A stretch of 64,000 nucleotides of DNA from Eubacteriales bacterium (GTDB lineage Bacteria > Bacillota > Clostridia > Oscillospirales > CAG-382): the NCBI GenBank assembly GCA_045644305.1, contig JAZRGS010000031.1, positions 3,722 to 67,721 on the forward strand, written 5' to 3'. The translations under genes were made by a program, and so were the position numbers. The notes beneath the pieces are model-generated. The model ran no database searches. It was not told the origin of the DNA and saw only the letters and a list, made by a program, of their open reading frames with translations. Numbering within the stretch: the first letter of the stretch is position 1; each line of letters begins with the position of its first letter. This document shows positions 16,511 to 25,946 of the stretch, in pieces.

Positions 16511-16594
16511 ATGCAGTATTGTGCAAAAATGGCTGTTTTAAGGCGATTTATCACTATGGTGCATCGCCCTTACGAGCGGTTTTTTATATTTAAA

Positions 16595-16963
16595 TTATTC
16601 AGCTTCCTGAACTTCTGCTTCGGGAGCGTTCTTCTTAACGCTTGCGATGCCGTTTTCGCAGCCAGCCTTGGAGGTATAGCCTTCAGAGGTAGCGATAACT
16701 TCGCCGTTCTTTGCCTTAAGACGGAAGCGATATTCGCCTGCCTTGTCCTGATACATTTCGAACTTGGGGTGCTTAACTGCTTCGAAGCCTTCAACGGTCT
16801 GGTCTTCGATTTCGCCTACGCAGTTGTTCTTAACGCTTTCGATACCCTTAAGGCATGCTGCCTTGGAGGAGTATACTTCAGAGGTAGCGATAACTTCGCC
16901 GTTACCTGCCTTGAGGTCAAACTTAACGCCGGTAGCGGTTTCTCTTACAACGAACTTGCCCAT
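16595..16963 (-). CDS. YegP-family (DUF1508) protein, two tandem domains
   Basis: The motif G.YRF.LKA.NGEVIATSEGY.SK..C..GI.SVK occurs twice. Confidence 0.8.
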   Translation of the reverse strand: MGKFVVRETATGVKFDLKAGNGEVIATSEVYSSKAACLKGIESVKNNCVGEIEDQTVEGFEAVKHPKFEMYQDKAGEYRFRLKAKNGEVIATSEGYTSKAGCENGIASVKKNAPEAEVQEAE

Positions 16964-17052
16964 TTTAATAGATTCCTTTCAAATTTCAATTTTTGGTTTT
17001 TAGTATTATAACACGTTTTCGTGCTAAAATCAAGTACTTTTTAAAGTCGCGA

Positions 17053-18039
17053 TTATTTGTTCTTTTTGAAAATTTCCTTGTAGTCAGCAGCCGCGAAGAT
17101 ACTGCAAACGAGTACGATCAAGGCGTAAAGCACCGACATACCGGTAGGAAGCGTTTCCTTGAAGCTGAGCTCGAAAAGCCACATATAAACGGGAATATTG
17201 AAAACCAATGCCCATGCAGCGTAGGTTACGTTCAAAGCCATAGCCTTTGCCGCACCGATTTCGTTAATTGCCTTGTAATAGAAGAGGTAGGAAATAGTAG
17301 CAAACAAGCCTGCGATAACGATAACGGGAATAATCAAGCCGCTTACGCTGAAGTTGAAGAGCTCAGCGGTAATCTTCCAGCCCTCTACCAAGCTGTGGTT
17401 GCCGACACAAAGGCTTACAACGGGGATAAGTATAATGCCGTTAAATAATGCAGAGGTGGTCTGACGAATCTGCAACGCCTGCTCGTCGGTGACCTCGCCG
17501 TCCTTCATGCTCTTTGCAAGGATAACAGCCTCAATGCCCCAACCGAATGCGCAAAGCAACGCGCCGATAAAGCCAAGGAGGAAGTTTTCGGTTGCCATAC
17601 CGTCGGTAATACCGAGCGCGAATACGCCGCAGAGGGTGATTACCAAGAAGATCCACTGATACCACTTCATTCTTTCCTTCAAGAAGAAGTATGCGAGAAC
17701 CGTACCGATTGCAGGGAATATCGCGCTTGCAACAGCGCCCATAATACCCATGTAGTTAAGGCACATAACGTAGCCTGTCATACCGATAGGTCCGCCGATA
17801 ATTGCCGCAATTGCAACCCATTTGCCGCTCTTGGTCTTGAATGCATTCCAAACGTTCTTTATATTTCCGCGAACGCCGTTATAGGCAGTTGCGAAGATAG
17901 CCGAACAAAGGTCGTGAAGAAAGGTTGCAACCAACGGTGCGAGAAATGCGAAATCCGCCAACGGAGAAAGCGAAAGCGCGCCCCATAAGAGTGCGGTTTC
18001 TACTGCCCAGGTAATACCTGCGATAATGCCGGGAAACAT
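17053..18039 (-). CDS. DMT-superfamily permease, LicB-like putative choline transporter
   Basis: About 10 TM segments in 328 aa. It lies immediately downstream of the licA/licC-like genes. The substrate is inferred from context only. Confidence 0.5.
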   Translation of the reverse strand: MFPGIIAGITWAVETALLWGALSLSPLADFAFLAPLVATFLHDLCSAIFATAYNGVRGNIKNVWNAFKTKSGKWVAIAAIIGGPIGMTGYVMCLNYMGIMGAVASAIFPAIGTVLAYFFLKERMKWYQWIFLVITLCGVFALGITDGMATENFLLGFIGALLCAFGWGIEAVILAKSMKDGEVTDEQALQIRQTTSALFNGIILIPVVSLCVGNHSLVEGWKITAELFNFSVSGLIIPVIVIAGLFATISYLFYYKAINEIGAAKAMALNVTYAAWALVFNIPVYMWLFELSFKETLPTGMSVLYALIVLVCSIFAAADYKEIFKKNK

Positions 18040-18074
18040 ACTGTGTACCTCCGAATTTAATATTTTTTTGGATT

Positions 18075-18971
18075 TTAAAGTGTGTTAAACGCCGCCAAAT
18101 TGTCCTTAAGTCTTGCATAACGCTCGACCGCCCAATCCTCCATAGGCTGTCCGTCGTAAGGCACGCGCGCCTTCGCCCAAAGAGTCCAGAGATAGTCGAC
18201 GTAGATCTTGTTCGCGAGGAAATGCTTCATATCGGTCAACGTGGGGGTTCTGCCGAGGTATTCGGTAAGCAAGAGCTTGTCCTGCTCATCACCGAAGCCT
18301 GCTTCGATCGAAACGTCTGCAACGTCCCACATACCGTCGTTCATGCCCGCATATTCCCAGTCGATAAGGTACATTTTGCCGTTACCCTCAACCCAGTTTT
18401 CACAAAGCGGGTCGTTGTGACAGGGCACGCTTTTGGGGTTAACGAGTGTGTCGATTTCCTTCTTGATCTCCATAACCCTTGCCTTGCTTTCGGCATAGTC
18501 GTCGAACATCGGAACATTCATGTCGCTAATGATCTTTTCATAGCCCGCCGCCATATCGAACACCTCGAAGGGTACGCCGGTATCGACGCCGCAGCTGTGA
18601 ATCACCTTGTAAACCTCAGCAACCTGCTTGATATGCTCGGGCTGATGAAGCAGCTCGGAATTCATCGTAATCGCGTTGGGGATGTATTCGGTCACCTTCG
18701 AGCCATCGTCGCCGAAGTAAAGCATCTTCGCATCGATTCCGAGGTCGCAGGCAAGAGCCGTGCTCACCTTTTCATCGCTTCTGACGATAAGCTCCTCGGT
18801 GCCTTCGCCGGGGATTCTTACGACGTATTCCCTGCCGTCTTCAAGGGTTACGTGATAGGTATGGTTGGTCAAGCCGCCCATTCTTTCGACGTTTTTGTAG
18901 CAGTCAACGCCCAAAACGTCATTTAGGAGTCGTTTGATTTCGGATAAATCTTTTTCGATGATTTCTCTCAT
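18075..18971 (-). CDS. Choline/ethanolamine kinase-like phosphotransferase (LicA-like)
   Basis: Brenner/APH motif HNDPLCENW and LIDWEYAGMND. Confidence 0.7.
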   Translation of the reverse strand: MREIIEKDLSEIKRLLNDVLGVDCYKNVERMGGLTNHTYHVTLEDGREYVVRIPGEGTEELIVRSDEKVSTALACDLGIDAKMLYFGDDGSKVTEYIPNAITMNSELLHQPEHIKQVAEVYKVIHSCGVDTGVPFEVFDMAAGYEKIISDMNVPMFDDYAESKARVMEIKKEIDTLVNPKSVPCHNDPLCENWVEGNGKMYLIDWEYAGMNDGMWDVADVSIEAGFGDEQDKLLLTEYLGRTPTLTDMKHFLANKIYVDYLWTLWAKARVPYDGQPMEDWAVERYARLKDNLAAFNTL

Positions 18972-19843
18972 GCATAAACCTCCTTTAATTCTTTACTGTT
19001 GTAATTGTATTCGTAATTTTTGTCTTTTACGGTAAATCTGACGCCCGCCGCGGCGTTGTCCTTGTCCTTGTAAGCCGTAACGTTTACGATTTCGGATTCA
19101 AGGCAGGAAAGCCTTGAGGCTGCGCCTTTAAGAATTTCCGAACGGGTATTTGAAATATAGCTTTCGTCGAAAAGCCTTAATTCGTCAAGCGTGTCGAATT
19201 CGAAAATCACGTCGCTTGCGTACTTGCGGATTCTCATCTTGAGCTCGTCGAGATGCTCCATATAAATCGATTCCCACAAAAGGTTCGCCGTTTCGGGCAA
19301 ATCGTAAATCTCGTCGAGAATCTTCAAAAAGCCCTTCGAAAATTCCTCATCCCAGAAGGTGTGTCCGAGCATAAACCAAGCATCTCTGCCGCCAACGGTC
19401 ACGTTGTTGATAAAGCCGTCCTCTGATTCGGTCATGCACCATTCCTTGGTTTCGCCGTCGGCATAAATCGCGGCGTAATAAGCCGAATCCACCTCGGATT
19501 CAAAGGGATTTTGCGAAAAATAGTTGTCCGACGAGCAAATATAGCTGTTTTTGAGGTATTCCCTCGCGACGTAAATGCTCGCGTTGTTGTTACGCGTGAG
19601 GTAATCGTCGTTGACGACAATCTTTACGCCGAATTTTTCCTCGAGATACATAAAGCATTCCTTCATGTATCCGACGACAACGATGATTTCGTCGATGCCC
19701 GCCTCGCGCAGCTGACGTATTTGTCGCTCGATAAGCACCTCGCCCTTGACCTCGATAAGCGCCTTGGGGCGCTCGAAGGAAAGCGGTGCAAATCGGCTCG
19801 CGGTGCCTGCCGCCATAATAATGGCGTTATCTACTTTAAACAT
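18968..19843 (-). CDS. Nucleotidyltransferase (LicC-like CTP:phosphocholine cytidylyltransferase) with extra C-terminal domain
   Basis: The N-terminus AIIMAAGTASRF...PKALIEV is an NTP-transferase signature. A 4-nt overlap with the kinase gene suggests coupling. Confidence 0.65.
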   Translation of the reverse strand: MFKVDNAIIMAAGTASRFAPLSFERPKALIEVKGEVLIERQIRQLREAGIDEIIVVVGYMKECFMYLEEKFGVKIVVNDDYLTRNNNASIYVAREYLKNSYICSSDNYFSQNPFESEVDSAYYAAIYADGETKEWCMTESEDGFINNVTVGGRDAWFMLGHTFWDEEFSKGFLKILDEIYDLPETANLLWESIYMEHLDELKMRIRKYASDVIFEFDTLDELRLFDESYISNTRSEILKGAASRLSCLESEIVNVTAYKDKDNAAAGVRFTVKDKNYEYNYNSKELKEVYA

Positions 19844-19876
19844 AAAATTTTCTACCTTTTAAGCGATTTTGCCAAA

Positions 19877-22630
19877 TCAAGGCAATTCATGCTCCTTGAG
19901 CACGATCGAAGAACCGTAAATTTCCCAGTCGTTTCTGTCCCAAATGTCGTTGGTGATTGCCGCCCAACGTCCCGCCTTAAAGGTGTTTCCGTTATTCTTT
20001 GCGGGGTTCCATTCGTGCGAAAGCATGATCATCTGGTCGTGAGCATACTTTTCGTCGCTCGTGATAAGCTTACCGGTGAAGGGATTTACGGGGTTTGCAA
20101 TCGTGCCGTCAGTCGCGATGGTCGGAACGTCGGCGTTCGTCATAAACTCGTTAGAGGTGGTAAATGCACCGTTCGAGTTGAAATCCTTAACCATAAACAA
20201 CGGGAAGAAGTTAGACATATCGTCGCTTCCGTGAATAAGCTCTTTTGTCTGATTGAGATAATAGCCGTGGTCGGAAACGATTATGATCTTGGTGTTGTCG
20301 TAAACGCCCTCCTCGCGGAGCCAATCGAACCAATTGCCGAGCTCAACCAAGCTCGCGGCGTTGGACTGATAATGTGTAAGCTGTTCCTCATTCTTAATGT
20401 TGATCTTCTTACCGTTTAAGGTAAATCTGTCGGGATTCGACTTTTCGTATTCGGTATTATCGACATTACCCGAGGGAACAAACTGAGGCTCCTGCATCAT
20501 CATAGGCTCGTGCGGAGCATCGTTGTAAAGGAAGAAGAAATTCTTGGAATCGTCCTTCTTTATCTGAGCGATGTTATCCAGGTTACGAAGCACCTCAAAA
20601 GGCTCCATAAAGTTCTGCTTATAGCCCTGCGAGGTAGTCATACTCGTGACAACGTAGCTTGTGTATTCGCTGACGGTTGTTTCGTGGTAGCCGCCGCCGC
20701 CGTAAACCGCCTGCTGCATGAACAGCGGAAGCGTTTTCATATAAGCAAATGCAAACATATTGCGGTTATTACTGGTGATATAAGCTTCCTTCATATCGGA
20801 ATTACCGTAAGCACCCTCTGTCAAATAGGTCGAAATGCCTTCATAATCATCGTAAATCGACATATCGGGGATGTTCTGATAATTCGCATAGGGCGCGTCG
20901 CAAACGGTTACGTCAAAGCCGTTTTGCGAGAAAAGAACCGGCATAACAAGAAGCGATTCGTTATGCTTCTTCACAAGCTCCTCTGCATCGCGCTTGTTCA
21001 ATTCAACGGGGGTGTATTCATAACCGCCCATAAGTGCGGGCACCGCCATATTCGTATGGCCGCCGAAGGAAATAGTGTTGTTATAGAAGGTAAAGCCTTG
21101 ATATTTTTTATCAAGTCCCTCAACCTCGTTAAATATGTAGGGGACGTATTCCGCCATACCGCGGTCGAGCATAATTACGACGACGTTCTGACCGTTTTTG
21201 CTGAGATTGAACTTAGCAGCCGCGTCATCGATTTGACCGACCTTGACCGCCTTTACGGTTCTTCCGATAGCGATGCCGTTGATGCTCGCCATTACGAACA
21301 CCGCAAGCACGCCGGTAATAAGCACGGTTTTAACCTGCTTCGTCCATTTTGTGACGATAAAGAAAAGCAGGTAGGAAAGCGCAAGGATGACGATAAAGTT
21401 AATCGTTTGCTGCTTCATCGTGAAGTTAAAGCCGCTTAAATACTGAAGCTTGTTTGTAAGCATACCGAGCTTCGTGCCAAAGAACATATAGTTCACTACC
21501 GCACAGATGCTCATTATGAAGAGGGTACGCTCGAAAACAACCTTACCGTTGTCGCTCGCGAGCCAATAAAAGACGTTGAACCAAATAAGGAAGGTGCCTG
21601 CCGCAAAGGCAAACGCCGAAATCATAAACCAAAGCGGATGATAGAAATAGGTAATGTCGATATAATCGGTCGGAGACGCGTTGATAACGTTCGAAGGTAT
21701 CAGCAAGCCGATAACAACGGTCAGCAAGAGCGCCGAAAGAATAAACAGCTTCTTATCGGGCTTTGCGGTCGTAGGCTTGAATTCAAGCTTTAAGGTCTTG
21801 ACCAACAGCTTCCAAATCCAAGGGAGCTGAAGCGCAAATCCTATGATCCAAAGCGCCGATTTCGCCATCTCGTAGGCTTCGTTTTCGATAAGCAGGCTGC
21901 CCAAGATCGCACAGACACCCAAAGCCGCAACGAGCACAAGAATAACCTTTTTCGGGTTCTTAAGCTTGTAAAATACGTTCTTAATAAGCGAGAAAACGTT
22001 GTTAAGAGTCCAATAAAATACCAAGCCCGCGGGGGAATTATAAAGGAAAACGAGGAAGAAGATTGCAATGCCGTAAAGCTGAATCTTCGTCTTCAAGGGG
22101 AATCCCTTAAGATAAATAGCGCTCGAAATGACGTTGATAAGCGTCATAAGTATCGGCAAAAGGTTAAGAGCGATTCCGCCGATAAACAAAAGTCCGTCGG
22201 GGTCACCCAAATCGGCAATAGGGCCTAATTTCGCACCCTTCAACGCGGGAAGAGTCGATAAGAACTGATAAGCCGCCATAAAGAAGGGGATTTCAAGAAG
22301 AAGCGAAACCGAGCCCTTGAGCACGTCGGTCGGCTTATAGTTGTTTTGGCGATAATAGGTCTGAAGCATCATCATGCGTTCATCGCCCGAAAAGGTCTTC
22401 TTTATGTGGTCGACGCCGTCGCGAAGCTTTTCCTCGACGTCGCGCGCCTGCTCCTGCATCGCGTCAGCGCGGCGGTAAAGCGGAAGAACCAAAAGGTTCA
22501 TCGCGAGGGACAGCATTATAATCGCAATCGCAGGGTTGCCGGTGATATAATGCGCAAAGGTGAAAATATATTCAAAAACAAGCTTTAACGGACCGATAAG
22601 CAAGGTTTCGAGAATCTTAAAAAACGGCAT
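19877..22630 (-). CDS. Fusion protein: YidC/Oxa1-like insertase domain, polytopic segment and extracytoplasmic sulfatase/LtaS-like domain
   Basis: Residues 1-225 align by eye with SpoIIIJ/YidC (GNPAIAII...LPL..., SPAGLVFYWTLNNVFSLIKN). Residues ~490-917 resemble the alkaline-phosphatase superfamily (VVVIMLDRG, GGHTN, IIVSDHG). Confidence 0.6.
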   Translation of the reverse strand: MPFFKILETLLIGPLKLVFEYIFTFAHYITGNPAIAIIMLSLAMNLLVLPLYRRADAMQEQARDVEEKLRDGVDHIKKTFSGDERMMMLQTYYRQNNYKPTDVLKGSVSLLLEIPFFMAAYQFLSTLPALKGAKLGPIADLGDPDGLLFIGGIALNLLPILMTLINVISSAIYLKGFPLKTKIQLYGIAIFFLVFLYNSPAGLVFYWTLNNVFSLIKNVFYKLKNPKKVILVLVAALGVCAILGSLLIENEAYEMAKSALWIIGFALQLPWIWKLLVKTLKLEFKPTTAKPDKKLFILSALLLTVVIGLLIPSNVINASPTDYIDITYFYHPLWFMISAFAFAAGTFLIWFNVFYWLASDNGKVVFERTLFIMSICAVVNYMFFGTKLGMLTNKLQYLSGFNFTMKQQTINFIVILALSYLLFFIVTKWTKQVKTVLITGVLAVFVMASINGIAIGRTVKAVKVGQIDDAAAKFNLSKNGQNVVVIMLDRGMAEYVPYIFNEVEGLDKKYQGFTFYNNTISFGGHTNMAVPALMGGYEYTPVELNKRDAEELVKKHNESLLVMPVLFSQNGFDVTVCDAPYANYQNIPDMSIYDDYEGISTYLTEGAYGNSDMKEAYITSNNRNMFAFAYMKTLPLFMQQAVYGGGGYHETTVSEYTSYVVTSMTTSQGYKQNFMEPFEVLRNLDNIAQIKKDDSKNFFFLYNDAPHEPMMMQEPQFVPSGNVDNTEYEKSNPDRFTLNGKKINIKNEEQLTHYQSNAASLVELGNWFDWLREEGVYDNTKIIIVSDHGYYLNQTKELIHGSDDMSNFFPLFMVKDFNSNGAFTTSNEFMTNADVPTIATDGTIANPVNPFTGKLITSDEKYAHDQMIMLSHEWNPAKNNGNTFKAGRWAAITNDIWDRNDWEIYGSSIVLKEHELP

Positions 22631-23862
22631 TATTTCTTTTCTCCCTTCTTGCGAATCTGTTCGTATTTTTTAACCAAATAATCAACGCATCTTTCGGCAC
22701 CGTTCGAGAAATGCTCCCAGGTTTCTGCCTTCGCCTGCGCTCTGCCTGCGGCATACTTGGGGTCCTCAAGACATTCGTCGATAAGCTGCTTTATGTTGCC
22801 CATGCTTTCGTCTGTAAGCTTGCAGCCGATTTTGGGCAGGGTTTCGGTCGTCCAAAGCGGCTTGTTAAGCCACCAAGCGTCATAGGGGCTCAAATCAAAG
22901 TTCGGGTCGGTGTAAATAACAGGCTTGTCGTAAACAAGCGTAAAGTCGAAAATAACACCCGAAAAGTCGGAAATAAGAATATCCGAGCGATTAAGGACGT
23001 CGAAATTATCGGTATCGCGGTTCCATTCGAGATTTTCGGAATCGGGATACTGCTTCATGATCTTTTCGATCATATCCTTTTCGGAAATAAAGGTTTGCGG
23101 GTGGGGACGGACGATAATGTGGTATCCTGTCTTTAAAAGCTCGTCAAGAATCTTGGTTCCGTAGGTGTTGAAAATCGCACTCGGACCCCACGAGGGAGCG
23201 AGCAATACCGTGCGGGGATGCGGTGACGCCTTGCCTTCCCTTTCAAGCCTTTTCGCCATTACGTCCATATAGGGAATGCCGATTTTGTAAAGCTCCTTTT
23301 CGGGAAGATTGCGCATTTCCTCCATCAAGCGGATGTCCTGCGCCTGATATTCGCCCGAAAGAAGAACCGCGTCGTAATAGTCGATACCGAACATACGGTA
23401 AAGGCAAATATCGCTTGCCGCGTGCGGAATATGCACGTAATAATCGACCTGCTTCGAGCGCTTCCACTGATAAACCTCAAGACCGGGGGTGGTGGAAAGC
23501 AAAACCGACGCGTTAAGGAAATTAAGACGGGTATACATCTTATTTCCCTCGCCGATAAATTCCGCTTTTACATGCTTCAAGCCGCAATCCAACGCCTTAT
23601 CGTCGGGCGACGCGGTGAGATAAAGCACGTCGATTCCCCTTTTGTCGAATTCGCGACAGATAGGCTCAAAAATCGACCAATAGCGCTTATTATCCGAAAA
23701 AATCGCGAACGGCACCTTTTTATCGTCGATCTGCACCTTGCCGCCGCTGATTTTCTGCTTCAGCTTCATAAAAAAGGTTCTTGCGGAATACACACCGGCA
23801 CCCAAAACGCCCACCAAAACGGTGAAAAGCATACTGCCTGTGCCGGGATCTATATACATCAT
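22630..23862 (-). CDS. CDP-glycerol glycerophosphotransferase (TagB/TagF family)
   Basis: LLAPSWG...IIVRPHPQ...SDFSGVIFDF. Start moved to the ATG at 23862, preceded by AAGGAG. Confidence 0.75.
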   Translation of the reverse strand: MMYIDPGTGSMLFTVLVGVLGAGVYSARTFFMKLKQKISGGKVQIDDKKVPFAIFSDNKRYWSIFEPICREFDKRGIDVLYLTASPDDKALDCGLKHVKAEFIGEGNKMYTRLNFLNASVLLSTTPGLEVYQWKRSKQVDYYVHIPHAASDICLYRMFGIDYYDAVLLSGEYQAQDIRLMEEMRNLPEKELYKIGIPYMDVMAKRLEREGKASPHPRTVLLAPSWGPSAIFNTYGTKILDELLKTGYHIIVRPHPQTFISEKDMIEKIMKQYPDSENLEWNRDTDNFDVLNRSDILISDFSGVIFDFTLVYDKPVIYTDPNFDLSPYDAWWLNKPLWTTETLPKIGCKLTDESMGNIKQLIDECLEDPKYAAGRAQAKAETWEHFSNGAERCVDYLVKKYEQIRKKGEKK

Positions 23863-24026
23863 AATTTTCTCCTTAACAAAGAGGTTTCGAATCGGCATAC
23901 CTGCCCTAATTTTAACTTATATTATATCACGAATTTTACTTAAAATCAATAGCAATTTAGTTGGTTATATTATTAATATGTAAACAAATATAAAAGGACG
24001 GCTTCCCGTCCTTTCGTTTGTTGTTA

Positions 24027-24734
24027 TTAATATCCGGTAACGAGTATAGCCGCAATAGCATCGACCCCGTGCACGCCCTTTGAAAGCGTTGTAAACGCGG
24101 TGGCATCCTTATCGACAAGCTCTGTGGCAGTCTCGATAAGCTCGTAAGCGTTATCGCTGTATTTATCCCAATCGATTATCGCCGAGCAAATAATGCATTT
24201 AGCGCCATTGATTGCGGTAAACGCCTCCATTTCTGCCTTCACCGAAGCCATATCGCCCTCAAAGCGTTTGAAATTCGCCTTGCCGCAATTGCTCAAAAGT
24301 CCGCTTATATCCTCCATATCCGCACCGATGAGTGATTCGGTGTACATCGGCTGCATAATACATTCCGCGACGCTTTTTGCCTCGCACTCGCTTTCTGTAT
24401 TAACCACACAATCGCAAGCAGACGTTATCTTGTCAACGCTGCCCTTGACCAAGGCAACCGTCGTTTTCTTTTCCTTTTTCGCAACAGAAGCGATCGAATT
24501 GACGGCGTCCAAGCCCTCCTCGGAATCGGCAACGACGATGATAAGCTGAGTATTGTTAAGCAGCGCCTTCGTCACAAAATCCGAAACCTTAACGTCGGAC
24601 ATAACGAATTTCAATCGATCCTCGCCCGAAAATCCATCGATTTCGGAATATAGATTCGCGGAGATGTATTTAACCGCCTGCGCGCCGTAATTGCCGACGC
24701 CGATAATTTTTGTGTTTTGAGAAATCTGTTCCAT
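24027..24734 (-). CDS. Hypothetical protein with a degenerate FtsZ/tubulin-like (Rossmann-type) N-terminus
   Basis: KIIGVGNYGAQAVKYI resembles FtsZ IGVGGGGxNAV. Downstream blocks are collinear with FtsZ, but the GGGTGTG (T4) signature is absent (ADSEEGLDA instead). Confidence 0.35.
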   Translation of the reverse strand: MEQISQNTKIIGVGNYGAQAVKYISANLYSEIDGFSGEDRLKFVMSDVKVSDFVTKALLNNTQLIIVVADSEEGLDAVNSIASVAKKEKKTTVALVKGSVDKITSACDCVVNTESECEAKSVAECIMQPMYTESLIGADMEDISGLLSNCGKANFKRFEGDMASVKAEMEAFTAINGAKCIICSAIIDWDKYSDNAYELIETATELVDKDATAFTTLSKGVHGVDAIAAILVTGY

Positions 24735-24786
24735 TTTGTTGCCTCTTTAAAGAAGCTGTTGCGTAAAACGCAACAGCTTACTTTTA

Positions 24787-25926
24787 TTATAAAAATCTGT
24801 TCTTCAAGATGGTTACTGCGATGAGCACGATAAGGAAGGAGGTATTGACAAGCGTGAACTTGATCATATACTTCTTCAAGCCGCCGGGCTGATGCTTCAA
24901 AAATTCCTTCAAGGTGATAAGGCTTGCAAGCGAAGAAATAATGATACCGAGCGAGCCGATATTTACCGCAACAAGCAAATCGCTGTAATTGTTCGTAAAC
25001 TTCGAAAGGAATATCGCAGTCGGTACGTTACTGATAAACTGACAGGAAACGATACCCGCAACGAGCGTGTTGTTTTGAACGATATCCGCGATAAAGTTCT
25101 GAATAGCGGGGATTCTCGCCATATTGCCCGAGAAGACAAAGAATACGCAGAAGGTAGCCAAAAGCGCATAGTCAACCTGCGCAAAGCGCTTTCTGTCGAC
25201 GATAAGCACGGTGAGAATTACCGCAGCCAGCGTGATAAGGTGAGGAATCACGCGGAAAATACTCAAAATAACGATTACGAAAAGAACAATGTAAAACGAA
25301 AGCTCTTTTTTCTTGATGTCGAACTTCTCGTCGTTCTTCAAGACAAGTGTTTCGTTCTTGATGAAAAGTCTTACACAAAGGAAAAGACCGAGTGCAACGG
25401 TGACCATCTGCAGGAAGAGAACGCCGCAGAATTCAAGCGTCGGAACGTTGTAGAAATTGTAAATGTACATGTTCTGGGGGTTACCGTGAGGTGTAACCAT
25501 ACCGCCCATGTTTGCCGCGATAGTCTGCATAATAAAGGTTATTGCAAGATATTTATCGTTGCCCGTCGAGTGAAGCACGATAAAGGTAAGCGGCAGGAAG
25601 GTGATAAGCGACATATCGTTCGCAACGATCATATCGAACAAAAAGGTTCCGTAAATCAATGCGTAAACGACAGCGCGTCTTGTTTTAAAGAGGCCGATCA
25701 TGGTTCTCGAAACAAGCTCAAAGACGTTGGTATTCTTCAAACCCGCAACAACCGCGAGCATACAGAAGAGAAGAACGAGCGTCTTAACCTCAAAATAATT
25801 GAGATATTCTGCGTCGGGGGGAATTATGAAGCAGGTCACGATCATAAAAACGATAGCGATCGATAAAACGACCTCTTTCTTCATAAAGCCCCAAACGGCG
25901 TTTTTAATCTTTGCAAATGAACTCAT
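24787..25926 (-). CDS. ArsB/NhaD-superfamily (CitMHS-like) anion permease
   Basis: About 10-11 TM segments and a GNPQN motif. GGAGG lies 5 nt before the ATG at 25926, which is 20 nt downstream of the TIR-LRR stop codon. Confidence 0.6.
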   Translation of the reverse strand: MSSFAKIKNAVWGFMKKEVVLSIAIVFMIVTCFIIPPDAEYLNYFEVKTLVLLFCMLAVVAGLKNTNVFELVSRTMIGLFKTRRAVVYALIYGTFLFDMIVANDMSLITFLPLTFIVLHSTGNDKYLAITFIMQTIAANMGGMVTPHGNPQNMYIYNFYNVPTLEFCGVLFLQMVTVALGLFLCVRLFIKNETLVLKNDEKFDIKKKELSFYIVLFVIVILSIFRVIPHLITLAAVILTVLIVDRKRFAQVDYALLATFCVFFVFSGNMARIPAIQNFIADIVQNNTLVAGIVSCQFISNVPTAIFLSKFTNNYSDLLVAVNIGSLGIIISSLASLITLKEFLKHQPGGLKKYMIKFTLVNTSFLIVLIAVTILKNRFL

Positions 25927-25946
25927 CTTTTCCTCCAAAAAGCCGA

